DNA of 44,752 bases from Faecousia sp. (GTDB lineage: Bacteria; Bacillota; Clostridia; Oscillospirales; Oscillospiraceae). A program made the translations under genes and the position numbers. Within the stretch, counting starts at the first letter, position 1, and each line of letters starts with the position of its first letter. The notes beneath the pieces were generated by a model, which saw nothing but the letters and a program-made list of their open reading frames with translations, was not told where the DNA came from and searched no databases. Shown here in pieces: positions 9,601 through 16,290 of the stretch. Location: positions 1 to 44,752 of the forward strand of contig JAZQHW010000147.1 of NCBI GenBank assembly GCA_045540795.1. Direction: 5' to 3'.

Positions 9601-11295
9601 ATTCACCGCCTTGGGCAGCATTTCCTTGGTTTGCCCGGTAAAATTGACGATAACATCAAAGTCCAGGTCAAAGTCATCCGGCGTATAATTCAAAGTCAGA
9701 TAAATATCCTGATCTTCATAAATCTCACCGGTATGGGTCTGGGTGGTGGTATAGTGGGACTTTGCCGAACTGGCGTGGTAGCGTCCCTGGGGAACATCGG
9801 TAAGGGTGTAAGTATAGGTTGTGGTCTCCCCGTCGGAGGTAACGGCCTTGGTTTCGTCCAGCTGTACACTCTCCAGGGGCAGGTTTACACCGTTCTGCAC
9901 CACCAGCATCTGCAGCAGCATATCGTGCTTATTCCGGCTGTTGTCCACCGAACCATCCTCGGCCTTATGGTTCATCGTGATATGCACGGTGACATCAATG
10001 GTTTCTTCCCACTGGGCAGTGAGGACTGTCTTTTCGCTGATACCCTCTGTGATCTGTCCGCCGGGGGCAATGGCATTTCCGTTCTGGTCCTGCCAGCCGG
10101 TGAAGATGTAGCCTTCCCGGGAGGGAACTGCCGTGGTGGCAGTCACCGGTGTGCCGGAATGGTAGTGGGCAGAGCCGGGATCTTCTCCCGCTGCCCAGTT
10201 CCCGCCGGCAGTATCGTACAAAACACTGTAGTTATGCAGCTCTGTACGGCCGTTTTGGTTGTAAATGATGATCTGATGGCCGTGGACCTCTTCAAATTCC
10301 CCGGCTTCGTTTTTAAAGTATACCTGATAGGTGCCGTTGTCGGTGACGGTTTCCATATAAGTACCGGTCTGGGTCTTGGGTAACTCAATAAAGTCCTCCC
10401 CGTCGGAGCTCATATACACCGTCACATTTTCGCCCAGAATGTTTTCCACATTGGCAGGCTCTCCGTCCAGATTGGTCACCACCGTGGCGGAGTATTTGTT
10501 CGCCATATACCATTCAGCATACAGAACCAGATCGCTGTTGATCTCCACCACCTGCCCCGGCTCGTAATGGGTGCCGGTGCCGTCTTCTTTGGTGTTCCAG
10601 CCGTTGAATATGTAGGTATCTCTGTCCACCCGCTTCACCAGGTTGGCAGGCTTTGCCTCGATGGTGTACCTGGTGCCGGCTTCCAGATCCGTAACACCGC
10701 TAGGTGCGCCGCCGGCAGTATTGCCGTTACCATAATAGTTAACAGAATAGGTTTGCTTCTTGGTGATCAAGCCGTCAATGTGCCAGCTAGCATCACTTTT
10801 CTGATACTTCACCACATACCAAATGATGGTATAATCGTCTACATTCTCCTCGGTGATACCTTCTCTTCCGGCATTGAGGATAATGGTCCGCTCTGTTTCC
10901 GCATTATGTCTGCCTTCAGAGTCCACCAGCCCACTGGACTCCAGCAGATATCTACTGCCGCCTGTGGTGCTGAAAACACCCCAGACGCCGCTGGTGCCCT
11001 GGACCACATCGTCCAGAATCTGTGTCTTCAGAATGCCGTTGGCGCTGTCGGCAAAGGTGCCTACATAGCCATTGAGCTTCTCAAAGCTTCCGTTATAGTT
11101 TTGATAGTCACTGACACTGTGCTCCGCAGGCTCACCGGGGAAGTTTTCCCCTATGTACAGCGCAAGGTACACCGGACCGTTCAGGTCAATAGGTTTACCT
11201 GTGGAGTCATGGGCAGCAAACGCTGAGGCAGGGAGCAGGGTAAACACCATACACACTACCAGAAGCATTGCCAAGCTACGTTGCGTTTTTTTCAC
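3670..11295 (-). CDS. Giant secreted surface protein/adhesin (~2541 aa): InlB B-repeats, MucBP-like domain, vWA domain
   Basis: Signal peptide (VKKTQRSLAMLLVVCMVFTLLPASAFA). About four Listeria/Bacteroides B-repeats (e.g. GYIFTGW...LTAQW, YTFSGWF...YYAKW). MucBP-like YVVRYL...ILGY. vWA with MIDAS DQSGS and FTDG. PExTE repeats and an amphipathic C-terminal tail. Start set at GTG 11295, 9 nt after AAGGAG; the ORF-track start 11433 lies in the promoter region. Confidence 0.88.
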   Translation of the reverse strand: MKKTQRSLAMLLVVCMVFTLLPASAFAAHDSTGKPIDLNGPVYLALYIGENFPGEPAEHSVSDYQNYNGSFEKLNGYVGTFADSANGILKTQILDDVVQGTSGVWGVFSTTGGSRYLLESSGLVDSEGRHNAETERTIILNAGREGITEENVDDYTIIWYVVKYQKSDASWHIDGLITKKQTYSVNYYGNGNTAGGAPSGVTDLEAGTRYTIEAKPANLVKRVDRDTYIFNGWNTKEDGTGTHYEPGQVVEINSDLVLYAEWYMANKYSATVVTNLDGEPANVENILGENVTVYMSSDGEDFIELPKTQTGTYMETVTDNGTYQVYFKNEAGEFEEVHGHQIIIYNQNGRTELHNYSVLYDTAGGNWAAGEDPGSAHYHSGTPVTATTAVPSREGYIFTGWQDQNGNAIAPGGQITEGISEKTVLTAQWEETIDVTVHITMNHKAEDGSVDNSRNKHDMLLQMLVVQNGVNLPLESVQLDETKAVTSDGETTTYTYTLTDVPQGRYHASSAKSHYTTTQTHTGEIYEDQDIYLTLNYTPDDFDLDFDVIVNFTGQTKEMLPKAVNVKITCWSYDENGVLGWHTIFQHAGTLPPSTVRIDPETGRGSGLYPVWKYWADSDEPYAYRVEVTSFVMPDGTILPAAPSADGITYLPDGSGLYTAVVTNEPDGITGGQGAVPTYPAGSNTDLTGTYYDIDYRHQNGTPTVTVDIHSYQVTFDAQGGTVEGQDVLILENQFLYPELYSKLPTHSDEDYTFSGWFLDPACTLPAENRAGAYLTGNVTYYAKWSTPFTIQGMVTVTATYMQDTNVTINEQDRAKESLVVLQRKLPNGSFNDVAGEIVRFTYPDGSDTATAAYSFEKVPQDGAEYRIQVLELNYTSTYDNEIDPEPDSYTGEEFVALAGDDDIAQVNVHLQLDPETFPLMMEVDASALAEGFRPNDSLVEVLYRDLGNNGQYTRIAQHDTDPYGTYILVGSNGVGSGGYHVWKWHTNGTLYQYQMNITRLYGSVPGVFDATGTEFNSDTAPYVIEYSDPVRWDNATNSATRWLRAKLIPKEYHILFDLNAPEEELGAIQGMQDFVTDDGRGGTFLSASHTWGFADTLRAYPYRPGYVFKGWTYESNAGIHTSMGDISVAGALAESVTLTAQWEPVEDPAYVVRYLELNTEKVLQGSKVYNNARVGAVIAARDEAVAILGYKYVGATIGGQYQDDEQNPTLTVVENAANLITLYYLSDGSDGFTDQVESNLHLDKTATLENNGTYTVWLDTFTRDNPVTTMIQQNTPLDIVMVIDQSGSIIKEGYLDELQTALNSFVVAIANHGRINEVDHRIAVVGYAGDADEPPTGTNTNDYPIAGGNTSEWVNTGVFDSKGDFYPYPTTGFVYSQYHGAPLADGDYYVFNNGEYLRLRHHDSYYHLISEEDARIEDLEGVQVYGYVYDDPNDYHSGRFVPLTRNLSGMWIYERDGAKLSYSWKEFFTYHEDVWTHRQGIEPRQIHAYGTGSSYTCTDGHSGLFTRTSTTGRNPQVNIYKDALIPVSVGANGSGGVNPGLLASTQHLASNGGTYVQYGIEMANKIFAQHDTEAEQDRVRVMVMFTDGMPGIGTFDNATANEAIAEAYITKNTYNAYSYTIGLYHSQGVDEHSDQAVYMNALSSNYPEAKSMEDVIYGGYTQLENGTVLDSNATYYVLQDGNYLPLKYGYVRVGWRWQNCWYYQTSGWLTTTNNSISTTKNPTVTNGQVGGQTVYAYLDSQYRPTEHSGYYQTTDSADQLNDYFNNVMKEITTKITTEIILHEDTILRDIMGQGLVLTEDTVITAYTQEGVYNNTTGQVDWAVDGNGDPELVTMATLELKTGQTSVTGKEGVSIQVFNLDAENATDPNEQDYHPHTVDITGYDFSNWYINESHPNGYRLMVQITRIEGREDVEWGRSTLTNNPESGLWLPKNAQGERVLLLPFDQPSTIFVERAYVLDYAKEFTLTGWYYDSEGDKQASAIHLDNIFSDGMTWFDETLPQNKLTATKYGTVELKDGVVTYTPTTMRWGAYDQFYVFGNTWRNTVVSQDANQNGNLWSKVNVIPANSVYYEDSFVTTDNGDGTGVDGFTFTGSWETVFGNGGEAAADQNTETPEHLENPPYGDVHGWIDSMDDDGDFSDGSAHATGINKERGAGVQFTFTGTGVDVYTRTNSKSGLIMATLYQVKEENGEETLVRQSGFIMDNLAVSGDYYHIPTVSFRNLKYGTYCVKLLASSAKAEEDYPTDDGKRYEYYLDGIRVYNPLDSDQTYADETVKDAYGKELNAVFTEVRDILLDYNDFNIDQTDGTDGKTGAVFIDWIRDGQQSGNDAVDDGTPSYEIGTFREYGPKNEVYMTQGQSIVLKVDPANTYYVGLKSLNGVPVTVAVSGIDSQEPVQIQLSHSTDMFYQVTPVDGYIVIMNDSEATTEGEKAPIVSVTQLRATSLKGVPANGGVLKVESSEAVEAVQTFFLRMNRQEEEVPETTEPEVTEPETTEPEATEPEATEPEATEPPAEEPGDREEMLKYKKFISRLFGSIRSWLKIGG
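3775..3864 (-). repeat. Six imperfect 15-bp tandem repeats encoding PE(T/V/A)TE
   Basis: Translation PETTE PEVTE PETTE PEATE PEATE PEATE near the C-terminus of the giant protein. Confidence 0.9.
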
Positions 11296-11423
11296 ATTGG
11301 TCATCTCCTTAGTTTCATTAAAAGCAACAGTTCTTGGTCTGCATATCTCTCTTTCGCAAGGTGCAGATCGTTTGTATACGTTTGTTGAATAAGAACACTT
11401 ATCCATCTTATAATCCACCTTAC

Positions 11424-11452
11424 AGTATAACACAACACTTTCAAAAAAACAA
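11424..11452 (-). promoter_or_regulatory. Putative sigma-A promoter for the adhesin-RiPP operon
   Basis: Minus strand TTGTTT-17 nt-TATACT, with extended -10 TG. Confidence 0.55.
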
Positions 11453-11493
11453 CTGATATTTCTATATTTTTTTCTGCTTTTTCAGTTATTTTT

Positions 11494-11546
11494 AAGAAAA
11501 ATACCGTAATACACCAGAATTTACCTTCTTTTATGTATTACGGTAT
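11494..11546 (-). terminator. Intrinsic terminator after the BY-kinase operon
   Basis: 13-bp perfect inverted repeat ATACCGTAATACA / TGTATTACGGTAT (11501-11513, 11534-11546), followed on the minus strand by TTTTCTT. Confidence 0.7.
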
Positions 11547-11556
11547 CTCTATTTCA

Positions 11557-12909
11557 TTACGGGAATATTTTTTTATGATAATTATTCAGCACAAAGCCTG
11601 CCATATCCGGCACACTTTTCCGCAATTTCCCCAGGCAGTCATTCACCGCATCGGTGAGCATAAAATCTGCACGAACGACCATTACCGCTATATCCGCCAG
11701 CCGTGCCATCAGCTCTGTATCCGCTGCCGCCAGCATAGGCGGTGTGTCCAAAACAATATAGTCATTTTCTTTCCTCAGCCGGTCGATCAGCTCTGCAAAA
11801 GTCTGTCCGCTAAGAATACTGTGAAGAGAGCGCTGCTCCGGGCAGCTGATGCCCAGCAGCAGATTCTGCTTCTTTCCGGAAACCAAAAACTCCCCGTCCA
11901 ACTTACCTCCGCTGCGAAGGTAGGCAGAGAAGCACCGTTCCTTATTCTGAGGCTGTTCCATAATTTTGTGCAAGGAAGGCTTCCGGAAGTCACAGTCCAG
12001 CAATACTGTCCGTTTCCCCCGTAATGCCATTGCCAATGCCAGATTGGTAGCAACGGTGGATTTTCCCTCGTTTTCGCCGGCGCTGGTAACCAGAATTACC
12101 TGCTGTCCACGCTTACGCATATGGTACTCCATAGCGGAGCACAAATTCATATTATCCTCGATAAATGTCTTACTGATCAGAGGGTTGGTGATCAGCGGCG
12201 CTTCGTTTTTCCGCTTATACTTAGCACGGAGAGTCTTATTCCGTTCCTCGTGATGGATGATCCGCAGCAATCGGGCATCCAGCTTCCGTCGGGCTGCCTT
12301 GGGTGTCTGCACTGTATCCCGGAAGATAGAAAGGAGCACCACTGCTGCCAATCCCAAAACAGCAGACAGGATCAGCACCACCGGGTAGTTATCCTTAATA
12401 TTCAAAGGGTTCGTGGGAACCATCGGCACAGCCGGTGCTTTGATCACCTCCAGCTGGGCATTGGCAAAGACATAATCGGAAATAGTAGCGTAGTTTTCAA
12501 TGATCAGATTCAAACTCCGGAAAGACATTGCCGGGGTAGGGGAGGTTACGCTGACCACCAGCAGATTGGTCTCCGGAATGGTTGCACTGGTGATAGTGCC
12601 GTTAAATTTCTCACTGCCCAGCTGCTCCTGGACCTTATCCCGCAGCACGTTGCTCTTAAACACTTCACCGAATACCATCGCCATATTCTGCGTCGTGGTC
12701 AGCGAATTATATGCATTGGTGCTGTCCTTAGCGCCCACCATAAAGGTGGCATAAGAGGTGTATTGGGGTTCATAAGTAACTTTGGCAATGCCCGTATAGA
12801 CCATCACCGCGCTGATGCACAGTAGCGCCACCACCCACAGATTCCGGAGGATCGCAACTGCCAGAGAGTGAAGATTGACCTCCTCCAGCAAAAACCGTTT
12901 CTCGTTCAT
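11557..12909 (-). CDS. Wzz/CpsC-CpsD/CapB fusion, bacterial tyrosine (BY) kinase with intact catalytic motifs
   Basis: Two TM segments flanking an extracellular loop. Walker A TSAGENEGKST, Walker A' LLDCDFRKP, Walker B IVLDTPP. Ends GFVLNNYHKKIFP with no Tyr cluster. Confidence 0.9.
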   Translation of the reverse strand: MNEKRFLLEEVNLHSLAVAILRNLWVVALLCISAVMVYTGIAKVTYEPQYTSYATFMVGAKDSTNAYNSLTTTQNMAMVFGEVFKSNVLRDKVQEQLGSEKFNGTITSATIPETNLLVVSVTSPTPAMSFRSLNLIIENYATISDYVFANAQLEVIKAPAVPMVPTNPLNIKDNYPVVLILSAVLGLAAVVLLSIFRDTVQTPKAARRKLDARLLRIIHHEERNKTLRAKYKRKNEAPLITNPLISKTFIEDNMNLCSAMEYHMRKRGQQVILVTSAGENEGKSTVATNLALAMALRGKRTVLLDCDFRKPSLHKIMEQPQNKERCFSAYLRSGGKLDGEFLVSGKKQNLLLGISCPEQRSLHSILSGQTFAELIDRLRKENDYIVLDTPPMLAAADTELMARLADIAVMVVRADFMLTDAVNDCLGKLRKSVPDMAGFVLNNYHKKIFP

Positions 12910-13736
12910 TCTGCCACCTCCCCGGTAACCACGACTGTCAGCACCGTCTGCCCGGTGAGTGTTCCGTCTGCATAGGTATAGGTCAGACTGTAACAGCCGG
13001 GGGTGTCTGTATCCAAATTACCCTCCACCGTCACTTTCGACCGGTCCAGCGGTGTATGATCCCGGTCTGTCACAGAAGCGATCCATCTTGCAGGCGCAAA
13101 ATCCCCGCCCTGCTCCACATATACCAGATATTCGTGGAGCTTAATGGAAACTGCCGTGCTGCGTTTTTCCAAATATGTGACCATAATCTGCACCTGCACC
13201 GTTTCTCCGTAGCTGTTGGATGCCTCCACAACCACCGGGTACACACCGGGGGTATAGTTGCTGACCCCGTTGGAAACTACCCGGATCCGCTGGGAAATAT
13301 CCCCATCGATCACATCTGTAACAGAAAGGTTGCTCAACAAATCAAAATTCTCACCTTTTTGATAGACCGGTGCTTTGGAAAGGGAGAACACCGGAAACAC
13401 ATAATCTGTGTAATGGATCTGCCTGGTGAAGGTATCGGAATTGTTATGGGAATCAAACACCACATATTTTGCCCGAACCGTTCCCGGTTCCAGGAAATGA
13501 GATACCGATGCCACCATAATTTTATCTGTCAGATCTCCGTCGGTTTCATCCTCTGCCGTCAAGCCCTGAAGCAAGGCTTCCTTGCCGTCGGCAACTGACA
13601 GCTCCAGCGTGGCGTCCTCGCCAACGATCCTGGGTTTATCATTGTTTTGCCGTTTATTGTACTGCAGCGTTGCCCAGCCGCTGAACAGCAGCGCCGCCAC
13701 AAATACAAGTATCACCAATAAGCGAAAGTACCGCAT
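12906..13736 (-). CDS. Membrane-anchored protein with about three Ig-like (DUF5011-type) repeats
   Basis: N-terminal TM/signal. Repeated TAxDxxDGDLT/IS motifs (LTAEDETDGDLTDKI, LSVTDVIDGDISQRI) and PGxY strands. ATG 13736 follows GAGGTG; the GTG at 13748 is an alternative start. Confidence 0.8.
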   Translation of the reverse strand: MRYFRLLVILVFVAALLFSGWATLQYNKRQNNDKPRIVGEDATLELSVADGKEALLQGLTAEDETDGDLTDKIMVASVSHFLEPGTVRAKYVVFDSHNNSDTFTRQIHYTDYVFPVFSLSKAPVYQKGENFDLLSNLSVTDVIDGDISQRIRVVSNGVSNYTPGVYPVVVEASNSYGETVQVQIMVTYLEKRSTAVSIKLHEYLVYVEQGGDFAPARWIASVTDRDHTPLDRSKVTVEGNLDTDTPGCYSLTYTYADGTLTGQTVLTVVVTGEVAE

Positions 13737-13744
13737 ACCGCACC

Positions 13745-15292
13745 TCACTGTCTGTTTCGTTTCTTTTCCGGTTTCGGTTTCTCTTCTCCGTAACCGTAAC
13801 CGTAGCCATAATGACCGTAATGGCCATAATGTCCGTAATTTCCGTATCTGCCGTACCTGCCGTAATGGCCGTACCTGCCATAGTGACCGTACTGACCGTA
13901 GGTGCCGTAACCGTAACCGTAGCCGTAACCGTAACCGTAGCCGTAACCGGTCAAGCCGCTTTCCAAGCCGTTAAGCACACAGCCCAAAAGCTCTCCGTCA
14001 AAATGACCCAGATCTTCTATGCAGTTCATGATCCGGCTGGTCTTGCAGCTATCCTGACGAACTACAAACAAGATCCGCTCTGCCAGCTCCAATGCCGGAG
14101 TTGCCTGATCCAGATCTTCCAAAGAAGGTGCATCCAGAATAATGTAGTCCATTACCTGTTTGGCACCTGCGATCAGCTCCCGGAAACGGGAAATTGCCCG
14201 ATTCCGCTCCCCTCCGGTTAAGGGTCGGCTGCAGCCAGCCTCCCAAACACCCTTGGTATTGCTCTGGCGAAGAACACCGGTCAGGTCGCCGCCTTCCAGC
14301 AGAAAGCTTTCCAATCCTGTTTGCAGCGTATCACAATGCTGCAGATCTGTATTGATCAAAAGCACCTGCTTCCCTTGATCCGCCAGCGCACAGGCAAGAT
14401 TCTCCGCCATTGTGGATACGCCTTCACCCCGGACCGCACCGGTAACTGCCAAAACCTTCATTCCATCCATTTTTCTATGGACGTGCAGCGCCATGCCCCG
14501 GATGCTCTCTCGGAACGGCGCGCCTACATGCTCGCCACGAATAGACAGCCGTTTCGTTGTCTGACCGCCGGACCGCTTTCTGAAAACCAAAGGCACCGTG
14601 CCTAAACATTGGGTGTGCAACCGCTTAGTGATATCTGCTTCTTTCCGTACCGTGCCCCGGGAAACAGCATACATCACCAGCATACAAACAGCAAAAAAAC
14701 CACCTATAAGAACACCTTTTAATATAGCCGTTGTACGGTTTGCGCTGTTATACGGCTTTTCCGGAACCTGGGGCAAGCCGATCATATTCAGCCGGGTCTT
14801 ACCAATGACATATTCCGAAACAGCCGGGTAATTATCGATCAGTGCCAGCAGAATATCATAAGCTGCCTGAGGGTCGGCACTGGTCACCGTTAATGTAAAC
14901 AGGTTGGAATTTTCGATCACCGTTGCTCCGGGGACACCGTTCAGAACCTCCACGCCCATATCTGCCTTTACCCGGTCCAGCAAAAGATCGCTGTCCAGCA
15001 GGTAAGGGAAGGTCCGTGCCATCTGTGCGGCTGTCCGGTTATCGTAATAGAAGGAGTAGCCTGCTTCATTGTTGTCGGTCTCCACCGTAAAGGTAGCCTC
15101 CGCCCGGTACATGGGACGGTAGCTTCCGGTGCTGGTGACAAAACCGGCAGCTGCGCCAAGCAGGACCAGTGCCACCACCAGCCACCAAAACTTCAGCGCA
15201 CCGCGCATAATATCGTGAAACAGGATCCCCAGATCCAGTTCCATCAATGCCTCACCGGTCTCGTTTTTTGTTTCTTCCTGTAAATGATCCAT
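13745..15292 (-). CDS. Wzz/CpsC-CpsD-like fusion with degenerate kinase motifs and very long Gly-Tyr tail (probable pseudokinase)
   Basis: Two TMs. Walker A reads TGAVRGEGVST (Lys to Val), Walker A' reads LINTDLQH, Walker B IILDAPS. C-terminal (GY)7(GxY)11(GY)3. Confidence 0.85.
   Translation of the reverse strand: MDHLQEETKNETGEALMELDLGILFHDIMRGALKFWWLVVALVLLGAAAGFVTSTGSYRPMYRAEATFTVETDNNEAGYSFYYDNRTAAQMARTFPYLLDSDLLLDRVKADMGVEVLNGVPGATVIENSNLFTLTVTSADPQAAYDILLALIDNYPAVSEYVIGKTRLNMIGLPQVPEKPYNSANRTTAILKGVLIGGFFAVCMLVMYAVSRGTVRKEADITKRLHTQCLGTVPLVFRKRSGGQTTKRLSIRGEHVGAPFRESIRGMALHVHRKMDGMKVLAVTGAVRGEGVSTMAENLACALADQGKQVLLINTDLQHCDTLQTGLESFLLEGGDLTGVLRQSNTKGVWEAGCSRPLTGGERNRAISRFRELIAGAKQVMDYIILDAPSLEDLDQATPALELAERILFVVRQDSCKTSRIMNCIEDLGHFDGELLGCVLNGLESGLTGYGYGYGYGYGYGYGTYGQYGHYGRYGHYGRYGRYGNYGHYGHYGHYGYGYGYGEEKPKPEKKRNRQ
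13787..13948 (-). repeat. Nested 6-bp and 9-bp tandem repeats encoding the Gly-Tyr cluster
   Basis: On the + strand, (CCGTAA/G)n hexamers flank eleven imperfect 9-mers. 54 codons with 21 Tyr. Confidence 0.95.
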
Positions 15293-15293
15293 A

Positions 15294-16136
15294 TCAACTC
15301 TCCTTCTCCCGTTTTTCTGAGGGAGTCATCCCGAAATATTTTTTAAAGCAAAGCTGGAAACCGCTATAGGAATGATAGCCCACCAGCCAGGCGATGTCCT
15401 CCAGGCTCTTCTCCGGATCCCGGATATAGATCTCCGCCAGCTCCATTCTTCTGCGGATGATCACACTTTTATAATCTTCCCCTAAAAACTGACGCACCAG
15501 CTTCCGGGTCTGCCGCTGGCTGAGGAACAACGCCTCTGCCAGTCCGGACAAGCCTGTGCTTTCCGTAAAATGCCGCTCAATATATTCTTCAATGATCCAT
15601 TTCTGCCGCAGTGCGTGACTATCCCGGCGGACAGGCAAAATCCGGGCACCGGACAGATTGCCAAACAGCCGCAGCACCACACTTAAAAGCAGCAACCCCT
15701 GCCGCTGCTCGTGGAAGGGCTCCGGGTCTTTCAATCGCAATTCCCGGCATTGACTGGCAAATCCTATCGCTTCCGGATCTTCAAAGATCATTACTTCCCG
15801 GATCTTCCTGTAAAGCGCCAAAAGAGGTGTTTCCTCTTCCGCCTCGCAGCTGAAATTAAAGCACAGCCGGGATACCGTACCGTTGTCGGTGTTGACACCG
15901 TGATAGCTCTCCCGGGGCATCAGCAGGATCTGCCCCGCTGTCAGCCGGATCTCCCGTTCCTCCAAGGGCAGGGAAATGGTCTCTTCCCCCTCAAAAACGC
16001 AATGAAACTCCATAAAATAGTGCTTGTGGGGGCGGTCAGCAACGACCTCCTGCCGCTGCACATCACTATGGTAACTGCGGATATGGCACTGTGTACCGTC
16101 GATTACCGCAGAAAAAACATATTCCATTAACTTCAT
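15294..16136 (-). CDS. AraC-family transcriptional regulator
   Basis: N-terminal cupin (PHKHYFMEFH) and C-terminal double HTH (LAEALFLSQRQ...IAWLVGYHSYSGFQLCFKKYFGMTPSE). Start ATG 16136 after AAAGGGA; the ORF track gives 16178. Confidence 0.9.
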   Translation of the reverse strand: MKLMEYVFSAVIDGTQCHIRSYHSDVQRQEVVADRPHKHYFMEFHCVFEGEETISLPLEEREIRLTAGQILLMPRESYHGVNTDNGTVSRLCFNFSCEAEEETPLLALYRKIREVMIFEDPEAIGFASQCRELRLKDPEPFHEQRQGLLLLSVVLRLFGNLSGARILPVRRDSHALRQKWIIEEYIERHFTESTGLSGLAEALFLSQRQTRKLVRQFLGEDYKSVIIRRRMELAEIYIRDPEKSLEDIAWLVGYHSYSGFQLCFKKYFGMTPSEKREKES

Positions 16137-16197
16137 AAGCGTCCCTTTCCGGATTGAAAAAGCGGAATTCTTTTTCATAAGCGGTACGGAGAATCAA

Positions 16198-16227
16198 TGG
16201 ACATTCTCCAACCGCCGATGGTACAAT
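16198..16227 (+). promoter_or_regulatory. Putative sigma-A promoter of the catabolic operon
   Basis: TGGACA-18 nt-TACAAT with extended TG. The -35 is overlapped by the inverted repeat GGAGAAT-N8-ATTCTCC. Confidence 0.55.
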
Positions 16228-16230
16228 ATC

Positions 16231-16259
16231 AGTATATAATCCCAAAAGCTCCCTGTCAA
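16231..16259 (-). promoter_or_regulatory. Sigma-A promoter for araC and possibly the BY-kinase genes
   Basis: Minus strand TTGACA-17 nt-TATACT. Confidence 0.75.
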
Positions 16260-16290
16260 GTCGACAAAGGTTATAAGAAAGGAGAATTCT

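Noticed and set aside
3904-10383. Very long + strand ORFs (1053 aa at 3904-7065, 681 aa at 8338-10383)
   Set aside because: Antisense shadows of the adhesin gene caused by codon bias. No RBS or motifs, and His/Arg/Gly-rich composition.
11296-11420. c-di-GMP riboswitch upstream of the adhesin
   Set aside because: The expected conserved GGCAAA...GAAA...GACGCAAA elements could not be found.
13787-13948. Possible CRISPR array
   Set aside because: Contiguous 6- and 9-bp coding repeats with no unique spacers and no cas genes.
13582-14221. ORFs with RN or VT/VA dipeptide repeats
   Set aside because: Alternative frames of the Gly-Tyr DNA repeat.
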